Positions 25,939 to 39,013 of a stretch of DNA of 64,000 bases are shown in pieces. The DNA comes from Iphione sp. A-MEVVRFRX5 (lineage: Eukaryota), in the NCBI GenBank assembly GCA_976226885.1, contig OZ320315.1:116002001-116066000 (forward strand), written 5' to 3'. Position numbers and translations under genes: made by a program. The notes below the pieces were generated by a model that saw nothing but the letters and a program-made list of their open reading frames with translations, was not told where the DNA came from and did no database searches. The first letter of the stretch is position 1. Every line of letters starts with the position of its first letter.

Positions 25939-28900
25939 GTGGATCAGGGGTGGTCGGGTCTGGGTATAAAAACAGGAATAACTCCGGAACTAAGGGCAGA
26001 TTCAAAAAAGGACAAAAGTGTCATGCTGCAGGTCAGAGGGAGGGTAGGAATATGTAGAAGATGGCTGTCAAGGGTTTCTATCAGAATTAGGGTTGTAAAG
26101 CTTTCTGAAAACTCCAAAAACCCCTCAAGGGTAGGATTCCGGAGTTTAGAGTAGATTGGAGGTGGTCGGGTCTGGTTATTAAAACCAGATCAGGTAAGTG
26201 CCACTCACCTACACTAGGCAAATGAATGGCTACAACCACAGGTGCATGCATGTCCATGTAGCTTGTACCAGCCATCGTAGGAACTGGCTGATACGGCAGA
26301 GCCATATCTATCTACCTGCTCCTCCTCAACCTGACACAGGCCCTAACAACATCCAACTACCCTACGAACTAAATGAAGAGCCATCTTTCTTTCTGGGTAA
26401 CTTTCACAAAAAAGAATGCACCTGACATAAATCCCAAAAACCCACTTAACTGAATCTGACTCTGAGGTTACTCAGGATGATAATTTTCACTTGACAGTAG
26501 TACAAGAAGATAATTAGGTTTTGAAATGAATCCTCCATAGTCCACAGATTTTGTACTTTTCTGATTCTGCTTCTGACCAGTACCCAGCAAAGGTCAGCCT
26601 TTCTTGTCTGTCCAATCTATACAAGTTAAAATTCTCCACTGCTGAATAATTGTTTAGGTACCATTTTCCAGTTTGGATTTTGTTACAGATATTTCTTATG
26701 TTCATATGATTGAGTTTTACTCACATGTTTGACATCATCTGATATGAGTTGACATGTCAAGGTGTTTAACATGAAATCAACATGTCGCCTGCATTAGCCA
26801 TCAGAGGAACCTGTTGATATGGCAGAGCCATATCTACCTGCTCCTCGTCAACCTGACACAGGCCCCAACAACATCCAACTACCCTAAGAACTAAACTAAG
26901 AGCCATCTTTCTTTCTGAGTGTAATTTTCACAAAGAATGCACCTGGTATAAACCCCATAAACTTCTTGATGAGGAGTGGAAGGAGAGTTTTCCTGGACTG
27001 GTTCTCAGTTGAACACGAAAACATTTCTTAACTAATTGGCCATTCACATGTTGACCTCTATGGTACTTCCTCTTACAAAATGTGCTCTAATCTATCTTCA
27101 CTCCCACACCAGGGCCACTAATCTGTTCACTATCCTTCTCCATGACTGCCATACAAAAATTAACCAATCAACTACTACGCCAGCACATTCTTTACCCAGG
27201 TGCACCTGCATAAAACTCTGTGGTATCTTTCAGGTCCAGTAGAAAGTGAGCTTGAGGACCTGTGCTGGTTCAAGGTGTGTTCTTTCCATCCAGCTCTCTT
27301 CCTAGTAGAAATCTTCCAGCACTTACAACACATGCTGATCAGTGGCATAGCTTGGACCTGTCACCAAAGTGACAGTTCCCACTGCACACCCACTGTGCAA
27401 CCCCTGAAAATTGTCAAATATCTTCTCCTGCCATAGCCTTTTATATAAATAACTGGGATCTCTATATTATCATAGAGAAATAGTGACTGGTCCATGGCAG
27501 AAACAGTATCAAATTCTTCAAAGAAAACAATGCAAAAATCACCGAAAAATCAGTAAGGAAAATCACAGAAAGAAAATCACAGTAAAATCAAGCAAACAAA
27601 CTGTCAATAAAATCACAAGCAAAATCACACGATTTTGTGGAATAAATGCAATACCAGATGATCTACTCTGCATGTGGGTGAGACACATGGTGACCAAGGC
27701 AGGGAAATGTTCCATCTTTTATACTTAGAGGTGGGAAGCCATTCCAGTCAAACTCTGGAGTGGATCGGGGTGGTCGGGTCTGGGTATAAAAACAGGAATA
27801 ACTCCGGAACTAAGGGCAGATTCAAAAAAGGACAAAAGTGTCATGTTGCAGGCCAGAGGGAGGGTAGGAATATGTAGAAGATGGCTGTCAAGGGTTTCTA
27901 TCAGAATTAGGGTTGTAAAGCTTTCTGAAAATTCCAAAAACCCCTCAAGGGTAGGATTCCGGAGTTTAGAGTAGATTGGAGGTGGTCGGGTCTGGTTATT
28001 AAAACCTGATCAGGTAAGTGCCACTCACCTACACTAGGCAAATGAATGGCTACAACCACAGGTGCATGCATGTCCATGTAGCTTGTACCAGCCATCGTAG
28101 GAACTGGCTGATACGGCAGAGCCATATCTATCTACCTGCTCCTCCACAACCTGACACAGGCCCTAACAACATCCAACTACCCTACGAACTAAATGAAGAG
28201 CCATCTTTCTTTCTGGGTAACTTTCACAAAAAAGAATGCACCTGACATAAATCCCAAAAACCCACTTAACTGAATCTGACTCTGAGGTTACTCAGGATGA
28301 TAATTTTCACTTGACAGTAGTACAAGAAGATAATTAGGTTTTGAAATGAATCCTCCATAGTCCACAGATTTTGTACTTTTCTGATTCTGCTTCTGACCAG
28401 TACCCAGCAAAGGTCAGCCTTTCTTGTCTGTCCAATCTATACAAGTTAAAATTCTCCACTGCTGAATAATTGTTTAGGTACCATTTTCCAGTTTGGATTT
28501 TGTTACAGATATTTCTTATGTTCATATGATTGAGTTTTACTCACATGTTTGACATCATCTGATATGAGTTGACATGTCAAGGTGTTTAACATGAAATCAA
28601 CATGTCGCCTGCATTAGCCATCAGAGGAACCTGTTGATATGGCAGAGCCATATCTACCTGCTCCTCGTCAACCTGACACAGGCCCCAACAACATCCAACT
28701 ACCCTAAGAACTAAACTAAGAGCCATCTTTCTTTCTGAGTGTAATTTTCACAAAGAATGCACCTGGTATAAACCCCATAAACTTCTTGATGAGGAGTGGA
28801 AGGAGAGTTTTCCTGGACTGGTTCTCAGTTGAACACGAAAACATTTCTTAACTAATTGGCCATTCACATGTTGACCTCTATGGTACTTCCTCTTACAAAA

Positions 28901-31900
28901 TGTGCTCTAATCTATCTTCACTCCCACACCAGGGCCACTAATCTGTTCACTATCCTTCTCCATGACTGCCATACAAAAATTAACCAATCAACTACTACGC
29001 CAGCACATTCTTTACCCAGGTGCACCTGCATAAAACTCTGTGGTATCTTTCAGGTCCAGTAGAAAGTGAGCTTGAGGACCTGTGCTGGTTCAAGGTGTGT
29101 TCTTTCCATCCAGCTCTCTTCCTAGTAGAAATCTTCCAGCACTTACAACACATGCTGATCAGTGGCATAGCTTGGACCTGTCACCAAAGTGACAGTTCCC
29201 ACTGCACACCCACTGTGCAACCCCTGAAAATTGTCAAATATCTTCTCCTGCCATAGCCTTTTATATAAATAACTGGGATCTCTATATTATCATAGAGAAA
29301 TAGTGACTGGTCCATGGCAGAAACAGTATAAAATTCTTCAAAGAAAACAATGCAAAAATCACAGAAAAATCAGTAAGGAAAATCACAGAAAGAAAATCAC
29401 AGTAAAATCAAGCAAACAAACTGTCAATAAAATCACAAGCAAAATCACACGATTTTGTGGAATAAATGCAATACCAGATGATCTACTCTGCATGTGGGTG
29501 AGACACATGGTGACCAAGGCAGGGAAATGTTCCATCTTTTATACCTAGAGGTGAGAAGCCATTCCAGTCAAACTCTGGAGTGGATCGGGGGTGGTCGGGT
29601 CTGGGTATAAAAACAGGAATAACTCCGGAACTAAGGGCAGATTCAAAAAAGGACAAAAGTGTCATGTTGCAGGCCAGAGGGAGGGTAGGAATATGTAGAA
29701 GATGGCTGTCAAGGGTTTCTATCAGAATTAGGGTTGTAAAGCTTTCTGAAAATTCCAAAAACCCCTCAAGGGTAGGATTCCGGAGTTTAGAGTAGATTGG
29801 AGGTGGTCGGGTCTGGTTATTAAAACCAGATCAGGTAAGTGCCACTCACCTACACTAGGCAAATGAATGGCTACAACCACAGGGGCATGCATGTCCATGT
29901 AGCTTGTACCAGCCATCGTAGGAACTGGCTGATACGGCAGAGCCATATCTATCTACCTGCTCCTCCTCAACCTGACACAGGCCCTAACAACATCCAACTA
30001 CCCTACGAACTAAATGAAGAGCCATCTTTCTTTCTGGGTAACTTTCACAAAAAAGAATGCACCTGACATAAACCCCAAAAACCCACTTAACTGAATCTGA
30101 CTCTGAGGTTACTCAGGATGATAATTTTCACTTGACAGTAGTACAAGAAGATAATTAGGTTTTGAAATGAATCCTCCATAGTCCACAGATTTTGTACTTT
30201 TCTGATTCTGCTTCTGACCAGTACCCAGCAAAGGTCAGCCTTTCTTGTCTGTCCAATCTATACAAGTTAAAATTCTCCACTGCTGAATAATTGTTTAGGT
30301 ACCATTTTCCAGTTTGGATTTTGTTACAGATATTTCTTATGTTCATATGATTGAGTTTTACTCACATGTTTGACATCATCTGATATGAGTTGACATGTCA
30401 AGGTGTTTAACATGAAATCAACATGTCGCCTGCATTAGCCATCAGAGGAACCTGTTGATATGGCAGAGCCATATCTACCTGCTCCTCGTCAACCTGACAC
30501 AGGCCCCAACAACATCCAACTACCCTAAGAACTAAACTAAGAGCCATCTTTCTTTCTGAGTGTAATTTTCACAAAGAATGCACCTGGTATAAACCCCATA
30601 AACTTCTTGATGAGTGGAAGGAGAGTTTTCCTGGACTGGTTCTCAGTTGAACAAGAAAACATTTCTTAACTAATTGGCCATTCACATGTTGACCTCTATG
30701 GTACTTTCTCTTACAAAATGTGCTCTAATCTATCTTCACTCCCACACCAGGGCCACCAATCTGTTCACTATCCTTCTCCATGACTGCCATACAAAAATTA
30801 ACCAATCAACTACTAGGCCAGCACATTCTATACCCAGCTGCACCTGCATAAAACTCTGTGGTATCTTTCAGGTCCAGTAGCAAGTGAGCTTGAGGACCTG
30901 TGCTGGTTTAAGGTGTGTTCTTTCCATCCAGTTCTCTTCCTAGTAGAAATCTTCCAGCACTTACAACACATGCTGATCAGTGGCATAGCTTGGGCCTGTC
31001 ACCAAAGTGACAGTTCCCACTGCACACCCACTGCGCAACCCCTGAAAATTATCAAATATCTTCTCCTGCCATAGCCTTTTATATAAATAACTGGGATCTC
31101 TATATTATCATAGAGAAATAGTGACTGGTCCATGGCAGAAACAGTATAAAATTCTTCAAAGAAAACAATGCAAAAATCACAGAAAAATCAGTAAGGAAAA
31201 TCACAGAAAGAAAATCACAGTAAAATCAAGCAAACAAACTGTCAATAAAATCACAAGCAAAATCACATGATTTTGTGGAAAAAAATGCAATACCAGATGA
31301 TCTACTCTGCATGTGGGTGAGACACATGGTGACCAAGGCAGGGAAATGTTCCATCTTTTATACCTAGAGGTGGGAAGCCATTCCAGTCAAACTCTGGAGT
31401 GGATCAGGGGTGTTCGGGTCTGGGTATAAAAACAGGAATAACTCCGGAACTAAGGGCAGATTCAAAAAAGGACAAAAGTGTCATGCTGCAGGCCAGAGGG
31501 AGGGTAGGAATATGTAGAAGATGGCTGTCAAGGGTTTCTATCAGAATTAGGGTTGTAAAGCTTTCTGAAAACTCAAAAAACCCCTCAAGGGTAGGATTCT
31601 GGAGTTTAGAGTAGATTGGAGGTGGTCGGGTCTGGTTATTAAAACCAGATCAGGTAAGTGCCACTCACCTACACTAGGCAAATGAATGGCTACAACCACA
31701 GGGGCATGCATGTCCATGTAGCTTGTATCAGCCATCGTAGGAACTGGCTGATACGGCAGAGCAATATCTATCTACCTGCTCCTCCTCAACCTGACACAGG
31801 CCCCAACAACATCCAACTACCCTACGAACTAAATGAAGAGCCATCTTTCTTTCTGGGTAACTTTCACAAAAAAGAATGCACCTGACATAAACCCCAAAAA

Positions 31901-34900
31901 CCCACTTAACTGAATCTGACTCTGAGGTTACTCAGGATGATAATTTTCACTTGACAGTAGTACAAGAAGATAATTAGGTTTTGAAATGAATCCTCCATAG
32001 TCCACAGATTTTGTACTTTTCTGATTCTGCTTCTGACCAGTACCCAGCAAAGGTCAGCCTTTCTTGTCTGTCCAATCTATACAAGTTAAAATTCTCCACT
32101 GCTGAATAATTGTTTAGGTACCATTTTCCAGTTTGGATTTTGTTACAGATATTTCTTATGTTCATATGATTGAGTTTTACTCACATGTTTGACATCATCT
32201 GATATGAGTTGACATGTCAAGGTGTTTAACATGAAATCAACATGTCGCCTGCATTAGCCATCAGAGGAACCTGTTGATATGGCAGAGCCATATCTACCTG
32301 CTCCTCGTCAACCTGACACAGGCCCCAACAACATCCAACTACCCTAAGAACTAAACTAAGAGCCATCTTTCTTTCTGAGTGTAATTTTCACAAAGAATGC
32401 ACCTGGTATAAACCCCATAAACTTCTTGATGAGTGGAAGGAGAGTTTTCCTGGACTGGTTCTCAGTTTAACAAGAAAACATTTCTTAACTAATTGGCCAT
32501 TCACATGTTGACCTCTATGGTACTTTCTCTTACAAAATGTGCTCTAATCTATCTTCACTCCCACACCAGGGCCACCAATCTGTTCACTATCCTTCTCCAT
32601 GACTGCCATACAAAAATTAACCAATCAACTACTACGCCAGCACATTCTATACCCAGCTGCACCTGCATAAAACTCTGTGGTATCTTTCAGGTCCAGTAGC
32701 AAGTGAGCTTGAGGACCTGTGCTGGTTCAAGGTGTGTTCTTTCCATCCAGTTCTCTTCCTAGTAGAAATCTTCCAGCACTTACAACACATGCTGATCAGT
32801 GGCATAGCTTGGGCCTGTCACCAAAGTGACAGTTCCCACTGCACACCCACTGCGCAACCCCTGAAAATTATCAAATATCTTCTCCTGCCATAGCCTTTTA
32901 TATAAATAACTGGGATCTCTATATTATCATAGAGAAATAGTGACTGGTCCATGGCAGAAACAGTATAAAATTCCTCAAAGAAAACAATGCAAAAATCACA
33001 GAAAAATCAGTAAGGAAAATCACAGAAAGAAAATCACAGTAAAATCAAGCAAACAAACTGTCAATAAAATCACAAGCAAAATCACATGATTTTGTGGAAT
33101 AAATGCAATACCAGATGATCTACTCTGCATGTGGGTGAGACACATGGTGACCAAGGCAGGGAAATGTTCCATCTTTTATACCTAGAGGTGGGAAGCCATT
33201 CCAGTCAAACTCTGGAGTGGATCGGGGGTGGTCGGGTCTGGGTTGTAAAGCTTTCTGAAAACTCCAAAAACCCCTCAAGGGTAGGATTCCGGAGTTTAGA
33301 GTAGATTGGAGGTGGTCGGGTCTGGTTATTAAAACCAGATCAGGTAAGTGCCACTCACCTACACTAGGCAAATGAATGGCTACAACCACAGGGGCATGCA
33401 TGTCCATGTAGCTTGTACCAGCCATCGTAGGAACTGGCTGATACGGCAGAGCCATATCTATCTACCTGCTCCTCCTCAACCTGACACAGGCCCTAACAAC
33501 ATCCAACTACCCTACGAACTAAATGAAGAGCCATCTTTCTTTCTGGGTAACTTTCACAAAAAAGAATGCACCTGACATAAACCCCAAAAACCCACTTAAC
33601 TGAATCTGACTCTCAAGTTATGACAGTAGTCCTGAGGTTACTCAGGATGATAATTTTCACTTGACAGTAGTACAAGAAGATAATTAGGTTTTGAAATGAA
33701 TCCTCCATAGTCCACAGATTTTGTACTTTTCTGATTCTGCTTCTGACCAGTATCCAGCAAAGGTCAGCCTTTCTTGTCTGTCCAATCTATACAAGTTAAA
33801 ATTCTCCACTGCTGAATAATTGTTTAGGTACCATTTTCCAGTTTGGATTTTGTTACAGATATTTCTTATGTTCATATGATTGAGTTTTACTCACATGTTT
33901 GACATCATCTGATATGAGTTGACATGTCAAGGTGTTTAACATGAAATCAACATGTCGCCTGCATTAGCCATCAGAGGAACCTGTTGATATGGCAGAGCCA
34001 TATCTACCTGCTCCTCGTCAACCTGACACAGGCCCCAACAACATCCAACTACCCTAAGAACTAAACTAAGAGCCATCTTTCTTTCTGAGTGTAATTTTCA
34101 CAAAGAATGAACCTGGTATAAACCCCATAAACTTCTTGATGAGTGGAAGGAGAGTTTTCCTGGACTGGTTCTCAGTTTAACAAGAAAACATTTCTTAACT
34201 AATTGGCCATTCACATGTTGACCTCTATGGTACTTTCTCTTACAAAATGTGCTCTAATCTATCTTCACTCCCACACCAGGGCCACCAATCTGTTCACTAT
34301 CCTTCTCCATGACTGCCATACAAAAATTAACCAATCAACTACTACGCCAGCACATTCTATACCCAGCTGCACCTGCATAAAACTCTGTGGTATCTTTCAG
34401 GTCCAGTAGCAAGTGAGCTTGAGGACCTGTGCTGGTTCAAGGTGTGTTCTTTCCATCCAGTTCTCTTCCTAGTAGAAATCTTCCAGCACTTACAACACAT
34501 GCTGATCAGTGGCATAGCTTGGGCCTGTCACCAAAGTGACAGTTCCCACTGCACACCCACTGCGCAACCCCTGAAAATTGTCAAATATCTTCTCCTGCCA
34601 TAGCCTTTTATATAAATAACTGGGATCTCTATATTATCATAGAGAAATAGTGACTGGTCCCTGGCAGAAACAGTATAAAATTATTCAAAGAAAACAATGC
34701 AAAAATCACAGAAAAATCAGTAAGGAAAATCACAGAAAGAAAATCACAGTAAAATCAAGCAAACAAACTGTCAATAAAATCACAAGCAAAATCACATGAT
34801 TTTGTGGAATAAATGCAATACCAGATGATCTACTCTGCATGTGGGTGAGACACATGGTGACCAAGGCAGGGAAATGTTCCATCTTTTATACCTAGAGGTG

Positions 34901-36329
34901 GGAAGCCATTCCAGTCAAATTCTGGAGTGGATCGGGGGTGGTCGGGTCTGGGTATAAAAACAGGAATAACTCTGGAACTAAGGGCAGATTAAAAAAAGGA
35001 CAAAAGTGTCATGCTGCAGGCCAGAGGGAGGGTAGGAATATGTAGAAGATGGCTGTCAAGGGTTTCTATCAGAATTAGGGTTGTAAAGCTTTCTGAAAAC
35101 TCCAAAAACCCCTCAAGGGTAGGATTCCGGAGTTTAGAGTAGATTGGAGGCGGTCGGGTCTGGTTATTAAAACCAGATCAGGTAAGTGCCACTCACCTAC
35201 ACTAGGCAAATGAATGGCTACAACCACAGGTGCATGCATGTTCATGTAGCTTGTACCAGCCATCGTAGGAACTGGCTGATACGGCAGAGCCATATCTATC
35301 TACTTGCTCCTCCTCAACCTGACACAGGCCCCAACAACATCCAACTACCCTACGAACTAAATGAAGAGCCATCTTTCTTTCTGGGTAACTTTCACAAAAA
35401 AGAATGCACCTGACATAAACCCCAAAAACCCACTTAACTGAATCTGACTCTCAAGTTATGACAGTAGTCCTGAGGTTACTGAGGATGATGATTTTCACTT
35501 GACAGTAGTACAAGAAGATAATTAGGTTTTCACATAAATCATCCTTAGTCCACAGATTTCGTACTTTTTCAGATTTTTCTTCTTATGTTCATATGATTGA
35601 CTTTGACTCACATGTTTGACATCATCTGATACAATTGATATGTCAAAGTGTTTTACATGAAACCAATATATAAAATCATCACATTGCACATTTCCCTCAC
35701 CCAGTTTCCCAGGATCCTCCAGCAATTCCTCTCAAAACAAATACTTGTTGTCCAACAGTTCATGTATAGGCCGTGCAGTTTCTGGGGTCAGTAAGTCATT
35801 GAACCCATTGTGCTCCTCAATTCTAAAGTTCACAATACCAATTTATCAGCCTCCTCCTTTCTTCCAGCTCAACCCGTTGATTTTTGTCATGGTATGTTTT
35901 TCCATTCAAATTACTTGGTTTCTGATCAATATTTACTTTTTGCTGGAGGCTCATAAAACTTCAACCTTTCTTCATCTATTCATAACTGTCCTTACTTTTT
36001 CATCTTACTTTTAGGGATAATTGCAAAGCACTAATCCAGAAAATTCTGCTTGCAATAAAACCCACAGACTAACAATAATGGTAGAGTAGTCACTCCTGGC
36101 AGCACAGGCTCTTGAGACAGAACTAGTGTCTTTGTCAGTCTGTTCACTCATAGTTATAGGTGTTTCATTCTTATAGGTAATGTCTTCAGGAATGGCAATG
36201 TTATCTGTAGTACCTATTGATGTAGACTAATGTATTCAGTGTTCTTATGAAGTGAGATGAGAATGGGCTATTAATGGACAACAGCTATGCAAATAGGTCC
36301 CATACAACATGAAATGAACTAGCATTTTG

Positions 36330-36475
36330 TTTTAGCCATGAAATTCAGCTGTTATGGCGTGGTCAGAATCCAATGCTGCTGACACTTATTATGGATGTCA
36401 TACTACATGAATTCTGGAGGTGCTGCCATCATGTCCGTCTCAAATGCAAGATCATTTGGATGCTTGGGGCGGACG
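36330..36475 (-). mobile_element. MULE transposase fragment
   Basis: Nucleotide paralog of 46090-46190; minus frame PKHPNDLAFETDMMAAPPEF matches the linker upstream of the MULE domain. Confidence 0.6.
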
Positions 36476-37268
36476 GTTCAAACAAATTAAATGTCAAGAT
36501 TTATTCAAACTCAAAAAGGTGTCGGTATGATATTAGGCACAGTTGTCTTCACAACTAATCAAAAGTAATGCTAATTGTCATTTGCCCTACTTATGATTAC
36601 TGGTGTAAAATTGACCAGGTAAGCAAAGCAGGTGAAAACCGGTTCCAGAATGTCCTGGATTGATAGTTTTAACACAGAGTTCAAGAAGTAGAAAGTATGG
36701 ATTCTTTGAATCACTCTTTCCATGTGGATGCATGTCTCTGCCACATGCTCTGACTCAGTAGCCTCATCATGTGTCATCTGTGACCTTCTGAGTCCTTTAA
36801 AGCTGGGGATGATCAGTTCCAGACCAAGGTTCTTCAGAGGCTCAGTGCTGCCATCATGTCCATCTCAAATGCAAGATCATTTGGATGATCGGGGTAGACA
36901 GTTCAAATTAAATGTCAAGATTTATTCAAACTCAAAAAGGAGACGGTATGATATTAGGCACAGTTATCTTCACAACTAATCAAAAGTAATGCTAATTGTC
37001 ATTTGCCCTACTTATGATTACTGGTGTAAAATTGACCAGGTAAGCAAAGCAGGTGAAAACCTGCTCCAGAATGTCCTGGATTGATAGTTTTACCACAAAG
37101 TTCAAGAAGTATGAAGTACAGATTCTTTGAATCACTCTTTCCATGTGGATGCATGTCTCTGCCACATGCTCTGACTCGGTAGCCTCATCATGTGTCATCT
37201 GTGACCTTCTGTGTCCTTTAAAGCTGGGGATGATCAGTTCCAGACCAAGGTTCTTCAGAGGCTCAGTG
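36420..37268. repeat. Tandem duplication (~425 + ~421 bp) of the Harbinger transposase 3' end plus MULE piece
   Basis: ORFs 36571-36777 and 36992-37198 are near-identical (offset 421). The junction ...gaggctcagtg|ctgccatc shares gtg with both unit ends. Confidence 0.9.
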
Positions 37269-38014
37269 ATGTTGAAGCCTCAGTCGGTCATCCCCGATGT
37301 CCCTGGTTGAAGTGCCTTGAGAAGGTCATCAGAGGTCAATGTGATGTCCTTATCTAAAGCTCACCCCCCCAAGGCAGCTATCTCTCTCCCCTTGTAGTTG
37401 GAGTGCTGGCTGGCTTCTCCACTGCCAGCTCTGTACAGTCAAGGACAACCTGAACAGTAGAGTTCAGATGGGTGATGGTATAAGCACACTGTTCATTCAG
37501 TACATGTATATGTGAATTAGTAATGATATACCTGATATCATTAACACCTTTACTGACCCTTACTACCAATAATCATTCTAAGTTTACTTTCTGGATTTTT
37601 ACTAAAACTGATAATTCCTACAGTAAATAAGTACAGTATTTAAGTCTGGATAGCCACAGAAGCAAAGCAGGACACTCTCATTGTCTGCCTCTGCCAGGGG
37701 CATCTCAAAGAGGTATGTCAAGTCTAGAGCAAGGAAATTGACCCATGTAGAGAAAATCTGGCTGATGGCTGTGTCACTGACTTGGAACAGCCTTTCCAAC
37801 TCCAGGTTACTCAGGCCATTCTTAAGCTTCAGGAGCATAAGATAGATCTCCTCCCTGAAGCTAAGGCAATGCTCAGGGCCATGTTTGTTCATACCCGAAC
37901 ATACACCATGTTTAGTGGTTTTGCTCCCACACCAGAAACGAACCTACAAGTGCAATGGAAACATAAAGAAAAAGGGCTATAATGTAATATATACAGTTAT
38001 ATATACAGTGATGA

Positions 38015-38165
38015 AGAGGGACAGAGGCAGACAGGGATAGAGAGGGAGGGAAGGAGGATGGGAGAAGGATTGAGTGAGACAGAGATGGAGAGTGAGGGAA
38101 AAAGAGGGAGACAGGTGGAGAGGGGGTAGGAAGGTGGAGGAAGATTTAGGGAGGGAGAGAGACCT
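38015..38165. repeat. GA-rich low-complexity tract inside transposase intron 2
   Basis: Purine-rich gagggacagaggcagacagggatagagagggagggaagg... run. Confidence 0.8.
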
Positions 38166-38992
38166 AAAGACACATCTGCACACACAAGCACACACTCACA
38201 AAACAAAACACAAAGACAAAGTGTACTGAACTATTCACAGAATACTCTGAGAAACCATCATTGACCTTAGAAATTTCTACATTTGAAGAGCATAAAATGA
38301 TTGTATATATCACTCAACAGGTAAGTAAATTTATTTTACTACTCACTTTTGGTGCACCACTTCTCTCTAAATGTTTGCATATGTCCTAAAAAACCTCCTG
38401 GTTTGGCAAATTGGTCCACATCGGGAAGTCTTCGTCCGCTATAGAATCCAGGGTTATAACTTTTGCTGCCAGTTCTTGTTGACCTCAGACAACTCCTCTA
38501 GGGTGAGCTGCACTGCCTGCAACTGCTTCATTGGCCCTTGCAGTTTCACTAGTTCATGTAGTCGTGATTTAAATCCCATAGAGGATTCTAGTAGGCACTG
38601 TTGTCTTGTGCTGGATTGAACTGGGATGGCCGTCCTTGAGATACTGTCACTGCTGTCTGTGGACATCTCATCTTTGTTGGTGTCTGCAGTACCTCACAAC
38701 CAGTGCCCACAGACCACTGGCTCTGACATGGTGACTGAACAAGGCTACCTGGCTGAAGTTTTGCCCCAGTTAATATTGTGGCTACACAGCCATCATTGTT
38801 GACTGTACCAGTCCTCTTCCCTGTTATGTAAAGGTGTATATTTCATTACACAAGCTGGGCACTGTACATAGTCATCCTGGGTTATGTATGGGACAGAGTC
38901 AATGCATTTAACATACATAATGGGTGGTCAAGGTCATGCATCAGTCTATAGGGTCACCCTGAGTAAGTAGAGGACAAAATGAATATGTATAA

Positions 38993-39013
38993 CATATATA
39001 TATATATATATAT
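38993..39013. repeat. (TA)n microsatellite
   Basis: catatatatatatatatatatc. Confidence 0.9.

Larger units (their letters stand above)
7565..35670. repeat. Tandem array (macrosatellite) of a 1,690-1,838 bp chimeric monomer; 16 copies of the central anchor, 15 internal junctions
   Basis: The same ORF anchor (MPLTYTRQ) recurs at 8623, 10317, 12138, 13832, 15653, 17347, 19168, 20862, 22683, 24377, 26198, 28018, 29839, 31658, 33348 and 35186. Spacings are 1694/1821 alternating five times, then 1820, 1821, 1819, 1690, 1838. Copies differ only by scattered SNPs and small indels. Confidence 0.97.

Noticed and set aside
8267-35413. About 90 short (60-110 aa) ORFs recurring in the array, suggesting a tandem gene family
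   Set aside because: They overlap on both strands, many use non-ATG starts and they have no domain signature. The interpretable ones are broken or antisense pieces of Merlin, family X or the acidic ORF.
7565-35670. CRISPR-like or other prokaryotic repeat-spacer system
   Set aside because: Monomers are ~1.8 kb and near-identical with no variable spacers. There are no cas genes, and the context is eukaryotic (introns, AATAAA, eukaryotic TEs).
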